Source of the DNA: a virus
Taxonomy: Duplodnaviria; Caudoviricetes
Length of the DNA: 40,161 nt
IMG/VR virus record: IMGVR_UViG_3300017912_002988
Span: 1-40,161 of that record
Reading direction: 5' to 3' (one strand)
Shown: piece by piece, positions 32,735-40,161 of the stretch
How positions within the stretch are numbered: position 1 is the first letter of the stretch
How the letters are laid out: each line of letters begins with the position of its first letter
Program-made: the position numbers and the translations under genes
The notes under the pieces: model-generated
The model's input: only the letters and a program-made list of their open reading frames with translations
Database searches by the model: none
Told to the model about the DNA's origin: nothing

Positions 32735-32741
32735 CTAAATA
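32735..32741 (+). promoter_or_regulatory. T4-type late promoter-like CTAAATA
   Basis: 30 nt before the tail fibre ATG. Confidence 0.6.
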
Positions 32742-32771
32742 CAGAAAGGAATCATATATTGAGCAGATAAG

Positions 32772-35700
32772 ATGCCTCTATCAAGATTAGAAAATTTTCT
32801 GAAGAACGCAGAAGGTAACATTCTATATGTAAACCCAAGTGATTTTGACGCTACCGATAGTATTGAAAACCGTGGTAACTCGCAGACGAGACCTTTCAAA
32901 ACTATTCAAAGAGCATTGATCGAGGCTGCTCGTTTTTCATATCAAACGGGAAAAAATAATGACAAAATCGACAGAACAACTATTCTGGTTTTTCCTGGCG
33001 TTCACTACATTGATAACAGACCAGGATATACTGTAACAAATAACAATGGAAGTGCTGAGTTTAGAGTAAGAAAAAATGCTGGTTGGCTAACTGCTGACCT
33101 GACTCAGTTCACTTCCGAGACTAACTTTGATGTTTTAGATCCAAACAACGAACTATATAAGTATAACTCTACAGAAGGTGGAGCAATTCTCCCCCGTGGT
33201 ACTTCCATCATCGGTTTAGATCTCCGCAAAACTAAACTGAGACCACTATATGTACCCGATCCTCTAAATGATAACCAACTATATGGTGGTATTCTTCGTG
33301 TCACTGGTACTTGTTACTTCACTGCTTTCACAATCTTTGATGCAGATATTTCCAAAACAGCATATTATGATTATGACAGCAATACAAAAATTCCAACATA
33401 TTCTCACCATAAACTTGCTGCATTTACATATGCGGATGGTGTAAATAATGTATTGATTAATGGAACCGACTCTGGTCTAACTGACCTGGATATGTTCTAT
33501 TTCAAAGTAGCACAAGCTTATGGTGATGCTTCGGGTAGACCAGTTCCCGACTTCCCCACATTCGATGATTTTGAACCAAGTGTAGACGAATTTAGAATTG
33601 TTGGTGACCTAGCTGCGGACCCCGTTGGCATTACTTCTATTAAGGCCGGTGATGGTAACACTCCTAACAATGTCATTACCGTCGATACAACTAAAGCACA
33701 TGGATTATTCAAAGATACTCCTGTTCTTATTGCTGGTATCACAACATCTGTCAACTCATATAACGGATCCTTCTTAGTAGAAGAAGTTATTAGTGACACA
33801 CAGTTTAGATACTTAGCTCCCAGTGTTCCTATTACTGCACTCCCAACTCCACAAGAAATTCAAAACTCTTCTGTAATTATTGAACCAGATACTGTTGGTT
33901 CTGCATCTCCATATGTTTTCAACTGTTCTCTTCGTTCCGTTTTCGGTCTAAACGGGTTAGATTGTGATGGAGATAAAGCTACTGGATTTAAATCCATGGT
34001 TTGTGCTCAGTTTACAGGCATCTCTATTCAAAAGGATGATAATGCTTTTGTCCTCTATAATCCAGATACCGCAGTATTTAACGATGACTTAAGTGTATCG
34101 GATTCTGATAGACCTCTGCACTCAAACTCCAGAGCAATCTATAAACCAACCTTTGAGACCTCTCACATGAGAGTGAGAAACAATGCTGTTGTTCAGTTGG
34201 TTTCTATCTTCGCTATTGCATATGCACGTCACTTCCATGCAGAAAGAGGTGGTGATGCATCTATTACTAACTCCAACTCTAACTTTGGACAAACGGCTCT
34301 AGAGTCTAGTGGTTTCAGACCAGAGTCATTTAACCGTGATGATGTTGGATATATCACTCACGTTCTTCCCCCCAGAGAGATTCCAAAGAATGAAACTACA
34401 GCATCTTGGTTAACACTCGACACACAGAAGACGGTTGGTATTGGCATTACAGATCGACTATATCTTTTCGGTTATAACACTGAAGAGATTGTTCCACCTG
34501 CACAGGTTGACTCATATAGAATTGGTGCGAAGAAAAGAGATAAATTATTCCTCTCTATTGTAAATACTCTCTCTGGACAAGCTATTCAAGAGACTTATGA
34601 AACCCCGATTCTTATGCAGGTTCCTTCTGGGACGGGTGTTGAATCGGAGAAAGAATATCAAGTCATCAGAAATTCTGGTGTTAATGCTATTATTTCTAAC
34701 GTCATTAGTTTTAACACTAATCACCAACTTAACAATGGAGAAAAGATTAGAGTTTTTTCCAATACTGGTGAAACTCCAAATGGTATTGTAAATGATAAAA
34801 TCTATTATGCTATTGCTGGTGGAAATCTCGCTGCAAATAGAATTCAGTTAGCATCTACATTTAATGATGCACTATCTCGTAGACCTTTAACTGGTATTTC
34901 TAATGGTGGTGGAGAACTAACTATAGTTTCTAGAGTTAACGATAAATTGCCAGGAGATCCTGGACACCCAATTCAATTTGATAGTGTCAATAACCAATGG
35001 TACATCTTGGGTCACCCAAGTGAAACCTTTAACCAAATTACCCCAGCACTTAGAACTATTGGTGCAGGTGTTATTGGAAATGAAACTGGTTCCACTTATG
35101 TAAAACGTAGAGTAGATAATAGATCTCTGATTGATAGGTTATATCGTGTAAGATATGTTCTGCCTAAGGAACATGTTGATGCTCGTGCTCCTAAACCTGG
35201 ATTTGTTCTACAAGAATCTAAGACTGTTGGTATTGGTAGTGCATCATTCCTGACCGCTGATCTGTCCAACCCAACTCAACTTAAGAATGTTAAGATTATC
35301 AAAAAAGCTAATTATAGCAATACTACCTTAACATTTGAGACAGAACTTCCTCACAGATTGAGTGAAGGTGATTTGGTAAAGGTAAGAAACGTAGAATCTG
35401 TTAATAATCCTCTCAATAATTTTAACGTTGGATATAACGGAGAACATGTTGTCGATAATATCATTTCCAGCAAAGCATTTACTGTAACTGGAATCACCAC
35501 AGATCCTGGTCTTTTCCTCAATGAAAACAACCAGAGAACAACACAACAACAAATTGAAGATTTACCAACATTAGAAAGATCCAAATCTAAGGATTCTTTC
35601 TATGTTTATCGAGTACAGGAATCTAAACCACATATTCCTGGAACTGCTGGACAAGATGGTGTATATAACATCACTCTAGTTTGTGGATCTATCCCATTAG

Positions 35701-38700
35701 ATAAAGATCTTGGTTTTGGTGTATCCTTCAAATCATTTTCACAAGACATTAGAAATCTTTATCCGCAACAGGATAGAGATAACTATAACTCTGATCCACA
35801 AGCGTCTATCTCACATGCAAATGCAAATGTCATTGGTAATGTAGTCTCCAATGATAGACAAGGATCACTAACTCGCGAAGCGTTATCTTACTTCATGCAG
35901 GGTCAAGAAGTTGGATATGCTGTTACTGGTGCAGTTGTTACTGGTACAGGTAATACCACTCTTACGATGTTTACAAAAGCTGAACATCGATTCAATCAAA
36001 TTAAGGGGTTACGTATTATCAATCCTGGAGCAGGATACAATAATGGTTCTGGTATTGCAACTGTTATCTATTCCGCAGATCTTGAGAACGTTGCTCTAAC
36101 TGGTAGACAAGCATCGGCTAAGGTACAGATATCTGCTGCGGGTACTGTAACTAGTGTAGAGATTATTGATGGTGGTACTGGTTATGGTATCGGAAATACC
36201 ATGACTATCTCTGCATATCCAGCAGGATCTCCTACGACTGATGCTGTTGTTGAAGTTACTGGTGTATTTGATAATGTTTATGATGGTATGCACTTATCTG
36301 GCTTTGCAGATCCTCTTCTGAACGGAACATTTAAGATCGTAGATATTCCATCTTCCAAGTCTATTTCTGTTGAGATACCTGAATCAAGAGGACTTGGACC
36401 TTACTATACTGAAAGAGATGACAGAAGATTGCCATCATATCACCTGGCAAACATTGGTGTTGGTGTAACCTATATCCATGTTACTAATAGAGATGCAGGC
36501 ACAGTACAGATTTTGACTGATGCAAACCATACTTTAGTTGCTGGTAATTGTTTCACCATTCAAGGAACTGGAAATACTAACTGGGATGATCAAATCTTTA
36601 TCGTTGATGATGTTGATCAGAACAATCCACTAAGAAGTATTCACTTCAATGTTGGTGTCCATACTGTTGGTTTTGTAACCTCTTATGATACAATCAACAC
36701 CAGATTGTTTGGTACTGGTATTAGTGCAAATGCCAAGACTCTTGGTTTGGGTGAAAACAATCTTGCTGGTAGAGCATCTTACTTCTATACTGGTATTTCT
36801 ACCACGGTTGCTTCTCCAATCACAACAACAGATACCCAACTTACTCTTACTTCTATAGAAGGATTTAAGAAAGGGGATTATATCATTATTGGATCGGAAA
36901 TCATGCGATTCACCAATGATAACATCAATAATGTTCTCCGTGGTCAGTTTGGTACAGTCAACGCATCTGCTCCTGTTGGAGCAACCATCAAAAAGATTAA
37001 TGTTCTACCAATGGAATTGCGTAGACCATCTATTCTTCGTGCATCTGGTCATACGTTTGAATATCTTGGTTATGGATCTGGTAACTACTCCACATCTCTG
37101 CCACAAAAACAGGATAGAGTTCTAACAGACCAAGAAACACTTGCTGCACAGAAGAAAGAACTTGATGGTGGTAAAGTTGTCTACACTGGTATGAATGACA
37201 GTGGTGACTTCTATACTGGATACAAGAGACTATCTTCAATCACTGGTGAAGAAGAAGTTGTTGGCGCACCTATTTTCACTTATACTGGTGATGATGCAGA
37301 GGCAGAGGGAACTAAAAGAGTTGCGGGTGTATTTGACGAATTACTTGTTAGAGAATCTATCACAGTTGAGGGTGGAGATAACAACAATAGAACATCACAA
37401 TTCTATGGTCCCGTAAACTTCACAGAAAAACTCGCCAATAGTTCTGAGGATGGTATTGAAACCAAGAACTTCTTCTTACGAGGAAATGCACCTCAGGGCA
37501 AATTATTAACTGTTGGTATTCAAACTCCAACTGGTGCAGCTCGTGCTGGAGATCTTTCATTTGCTGGTATTCCAGATAATGGTGGATACCTTGGACATAT
37601 CTATGCTGAGGGTGATTGGAGAAGATTTGGTGTTATTTCTAGAGAAAAGAATAGAAATTTCTATACTGTAGATCAAGTATCTATTGGAGCTAGTGACGGA
37701 CAAACTTTTAGATGGAGAGATGCTCTTGAAGTTAATGGTGTCACCAAACTGGATCACCTATTTGTTACTGGTATTGTTACGTTTGCATCTAACCAGACAT
37801 TCTCTGGTGTTACCTATGATTCAATTGTTGTCAGACAACTTGCAAACTTCTATGGTTATAACGTAAGTGGTGGATTTTCGGATGAAGGTATTGCTTGGGA
37901 AAACTATGGATTCTATACCATTGTTGATGAAGGTGGTACAGCAAGACTCAACAACATGGAAGTTGTTGGTACTTATGTTTCATTTAAAGCTTCTGCACAA
38001 GTTGACATTCTCTCAGAGTTAACTTCTGGGTATACTGGTATTAACTCTTTCAAGGGTGACATTAAATGTAGTAATATCTCTGTAAGAGAACAAGATCCTC
38101 TGAATAGCAGTGGCAAGTTCTTCGCTGAAGATCTCGCAGTTCAAACTGGTTTTGCTACCGATTTCAATGTTGGATCTAATGGAACTGGTGGAGTCCTGAC
38201 AGTTGGTAATAGATCAGGATCTACACTTAATGGTCATGCAAACATTGTAAGTATCACTGGTCCTGGTATGCCAGATGATACTGGTGGAGGTTCTGTTGCA
38301 CTACCACCACAAGGTGGCGGTGAAACATATCAAGGTGTTCCTAGAGTTGCTATTACTAGTGCATACGTAAATGTTGGTGTCATCACCAACTTCCATGCAC
38401 CTTCTGTCTCTTACCTAAGTCAACCAAAAATTGCAACAGGTGTTGCAACTGCCTTTGAGGTTACAAATAATCTAACTGTTACTGATCCTAGTTCTAGTGC
38501 AACTATTAAGAATCTGAACTTCACCACTGGTAATGGCACAAATCTAACCTTGACTGGAGATCTACAAGTTCAAGGCACCAATTCTGTTGCAAGACTCAGA
38601 GAAATTGAATTTGACCAACAAATTGTAGGACCAGATGGAATATTCAATGATGTAAAATGCACTACTTTGAAACCCAAAACGGGCGGTGAATTAGCAATTA

Positions 38701-40043
38701 ATTGCACTACATTAACAGCAACAAATACGATTACTTGCCAAGGAAGTTCCTTCTCAAGAATTAATAAACTCAATTCTCAACAGATTGAGATGGAACCATT
38801 AGCTGGTGGTTCTATCAAAACTGGTAAATTGCAAGTTGGCGATACAAGTTCCGGCTCATCAGCTTCTGATGCTAAAATTAGATATTTGAATGGATTGTCA
38901 GTTGGTAGTGCCAACCCAAGACTGGATATTAATTGTGGTCCCCAAGGAAAAGTTACAGCTTTCCAGATTAAATCTGTTGCAGCTACTGGTAATCCACCAT
39001 TTGAAGTAACATCTACGACCAAAGTTTCTAATCTAAATGCCGATTTATTGGATGGACTCAACACATCTTCCAGCGATAAAAGTGGAAATAGTGTTGTTGT
39101 TAGAAGCGGTGGTAATTTTCAGGCGGGAACTATTACAGCTGATAACTTCAATGGGGGAGATTTCGATGGCTCGAGCCTTAGTCTTTCTGGAAATCTTTCA
39201 TGTACTGGTACAGTTACAAGTACATTTTCGGGCAACTTAACAGGAACTGCATCTAATGCAACTAAGGCACAAGATGTTGATGTTGCAAAAGGTGTTCTAT
39301 ACAACACTGCACAAACTGCAACAACAGTTGATACTAGTAAGTTCTATTATCAGTCAAATGTACTATATGCTCCTACATTCTCTGGTAGTCACAGCGGTAA
39401 TGGTTCTGGACTAACCAACCTTCAGGCTAGTGCTATTAGTGGAACATTAGATTCAGGTCTACTTGGTGATCTGGATGCGGACATAATCACAAGTGGAACT
39501 TTTGATAAAGCTAGAATCCCAACTCTAAACCAGGATACAACTGGTACTGCCTCTCAGGCAAATGATATTAGAGTTAATGGTTTGGGAAATAGTTCGGGAC
39601 CACATTATCTTCTCTTGCAAGAGGGAACAGCACCAGGAAATCATTATGCCAGAGCAAAAGTTGATAGTGGTATTAAATACAATTCATCTAGTAATACACT
39701 TTCTCTTAATGGAGATGTTATTGCGTTCGCATCTGATGATCGCCTGAAGACCAATAGAGTTGCACTAACAGGTGCTCTCGATAAAGTCTGCTCATTGAAC
39801 GGATTCACATTTAACTTTAATGAAACTGCTGCGGAACTTGGATACTCAACAGATATTACATATGTTGGTGTTTCTGCTCAAGAAGTTCAAGAAGTTCTTC
39901 CAGAAGCAGTTAAACCCGCAGGAGCAAGTGATGATTACATGACTGTTCAATATGAGAAGATTGTCCCACTTCTGATTGAGGCAATCAAGGAACAGTCTGA
40001 TCAGATCGATGCTCTCAAACAGGAGATTGAAAAACTGAAATAA
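32772..40043 (+). CDS. Giant tail fibre / virion structural protein with C-terminal peptidase S74 intramolecular chaperone
   Basis: N-terminal LYVNP...RPFKTIQRAL; Gly/Thr/Ser-rich beta repeats; SDDRLKTN...GVSAQEVQEVLPEAV...YEKIVPLLIEAIKE. Confidence 0.85.
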   Translation: MPLSRLENFLKNAEGNILYVNPSDFDATDSIENRGNSQTRPFKTIQRALIEAARFSYQTGKNNDKIDRTTILVFPGVHYIDNRPGYTVTNNNGSAEFRVRKNAGWLTADLTQFTSETNFDVLDPNNELYKYNSTEGGAILPRGTSIIGLDLRKTKLRPLYVPDPLNDNQLYGGILRVTGTCYFTAFTIFDADISKTAYYDYDSNTKIPTYSHHKLAAFTYADGVNNVLINGTDSGLTDLDMFYFKVAQAYGDASGRPVPDFPTFDDFEPSVDEFRIVGDLAADPVGITSIKAGDGNTPNNVITVDTTKAHGLFKDTPVLIAGITTSVNSYNGSFLVEEVISDTQFRYLAPSVPITALPTPQEIQNSSVIIEPDTVGSASPYVFNCSLRSVFGLNGLDCDGDKATGFKSMVCAQFTGISIQKDDNAFVLYNPDTAVFNDDLSVSDSDRPLHSNSRAIYKPTFETSHMRVRNNAVVQLVSIFAIAYARHFHAERGGDASITNSNSNFGQTALESSGFRPESFNRDDVGYITHVLPPREIPKNETTASWLTLDTQKTVGIGITDRLYLFGYNTEEIVPPAQVDSYRIGAKKRDKLFLSIVNTLSGQAIQETYETPILMQVPSGTGVESEKEYQVIRNSGVNAIISNVISFNTNHQLNNGEKIRVFSNTGETPNGIVNDKIYYAIAGGNLAANRIQLASTFNDALSRRPLTGISNGGGELTIVSRVNDKLPGDPGHPIQFDSVNNQWYILGHPSETFNQITPALRTIGAGVIGNETGSTYVKRRVDNRSLIDRLYRVRYVLPKEHVDARAPKPGFVLQESKTVGIGSASFLTADLSNPTQLKNVKIIKKANYSNTTLTFETELPHRLSEGDLVKVRNVESVNNPLNNFNVGYNGEHVVDNIISSKAFTVTGITTDPGLFLNENNQRTTQQQIEDLPTLERSKSKDSFYVYRVQESKPHIPGTAGQDGVYNITLVCGSIPLDKDLGFGVSFKSFSQDIRNLYPQQDRDNYNSDPQASISHANANVIGNVVSNDRQGSLTREALSYFMQGQEVGYAVTGAVVTGTGNTTLTMFTKAEHRFNQIKGLRIINPGAGYNNGSGIATVIYSADLENVALTGRQASAKVQISAAGTVTSVEIIDGGTGYGIGNTMTISAYPAGSPTTDAVVEVTGVFDNVYDGMHLSGFADPLLNGTFKIVDIPSSKSISVEIPESRGLGPYYTERDDRRLPSYHLANIGVGVTYIHVTNRDAGTVQILTDANHTLVAGNCFTIQGTGNTNWDDQIFIVDDVDQNNPLRSIHFNVGVHTVGFVTSYDTINTRLFGTGISANAKTLGLGENNLAGRASYFYTGISTTVASPITTTDTQLTLTSIEGFKKGDYIIIGSEIMRFTNDNINNVLRGQFGTVNASAPVGATIKKINVLPMELRRPSILRASGHTFEYLGYGSGNYSTSLPQKQDRVLTDQETLAAQKKELDGGKVVYTGMNDSGDFYTGYKRLSSITGEEEVVGAPIFTYTGDDAEAEGTKRVAGVFDELLVRESITVEGGDNNNRTSQFYGPVNFTEKLANSSEDGIETKNFFLRGNAPQGKLLTVGIQTPTGAARAGDLSFAGIPDNGGYLGHIYAEGDWRRFGVISREKNRNFYTVDQVSIGASDGQTFRWRDALEVNGVTKLDHLFVTGIVTFASNQTFSGVTYDSIVVRQLANFYGYNVSGGFSDEGIAWENYGFYTIVDEGGTARLNNMEVVGTYVSFKASAQVDILSELTSGYTGINSFKGDIKCSNISVREQDPLNSSGKFFAEDLAVQTGFATDFNVGSNGTGGVLTVGNRSGSTLNGHANIVSITGPGMPDDTGGGSVALPPQGGGETYQGVPRVAITSAYVNVGVITNFHAPSVSYLSQPKIATGVATAFEVTNNLTVTDPSSSATIKNLNFTTGNGTNLTLTGDLQVQGTNSVARLREIEFDQQIVGPDGIFNDVKCTTLKPKTGGELAINCTTLTATNTITCQGSSFSRINKLNSQQIEMEPLAGGSIKTGKLQVGDTSSGSSASDAKIRYLNGLSVGSANPRLDINCGPQGKVTAFQIKSVAATGNPPFEVTSTTKVSNLNADLLDGLNTSSSDKSGNSVVVRSGGNFQAGTITADNFNGGDFDGSSLSLSGNLSCTGTVTSTFSGNLTGTASNATKAQDVDVAKGVLYNTAQTATTVDTSKFYYQSNVLYAPTFSGSHSGNGSGLTNLQASAISGTLDSGLLGDLDADIITSGTFDKARIPTLNQDTTGTASQANDIRVNGLGNSSGPHYLLLQEGTAPGNHYARAKVDSGIKYNSSSNTLSLNGDVIAFASDDRLKTNRVALTGALDKVCSLNGFTFNFNETAAELGYSTDITYVGVSAQEVQEVLPEAVKPAGASDDYMTVQYEKIVPLLIEAIKEQSDQIDALKQEIEKLK

Positions 40044-40066
40044 ATACCAAAAATGGTGATTTTATA

Positions 40067-40161
40067 ATGAAAATAAATTTTGTCGAACCTAATGAAATTA
40101 GAGTCAATCCAGATGCCATCATCAACAACAAAAATATTGGGGAGAAAAATCACCCTCTTAT
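40067..40161 (+). CDS. Start of the next ORF (3'-truncated)
   Basis: MKINFVEPNEIRVNPDAIINNKNIGEKNHPL, open to the window end; ATAAATA at 40040-40046. Confidence 0.5.
   Translation, partial: MKINFVEPNEIRVNPDAIINNKNIGEKNHPL

Overview
A 40 kb segment of a T4-like cyanomyovirus genome (marine Synechococcus/Prochlorococcus-type host inferred from talC, CP12, phoH, the NblA-like gene and the tmRNA tag). From left to right: a truncated carbamoyltransferase and an HNH nuclease; a compact nitrogen-related module (NtcA box, sigma70 promoter, tandem glutamine-riboswitch-like RNA, YRG/DUF4278-like peptide, NblA-like gene); small hypotheticals and 2OG-Fe(II) oxygenases with talC, glutaredoxin, thyX and phoH; the core exonuclease-gp33-gp59-gp32 block; a tail/baseplate module (gp53, gp48, gp2, gp4 on the minus strand; then gp54/19-like, gp26, gp51, lysozyme-like and M23 proteins, hub, CP12, gp5); an RNA cluster (four tRNAs and a circularly permuted two-piece tmRNA); a candidate ~50-nt sRNA; and a 2423-aa tail fibre with an S74 chaperone. 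The most unusual items are (1) two riboswitch-like aptamers that each carry a whole paralogous ORF in the P2 loop, with the ORF ends base-paired to each other, and (2) a phage permuted tmRNA directly upstream of an ORF whose stop codon lies inside tRNA-Ala. All calls come from reading motifs by eye; no database search or folding was run.
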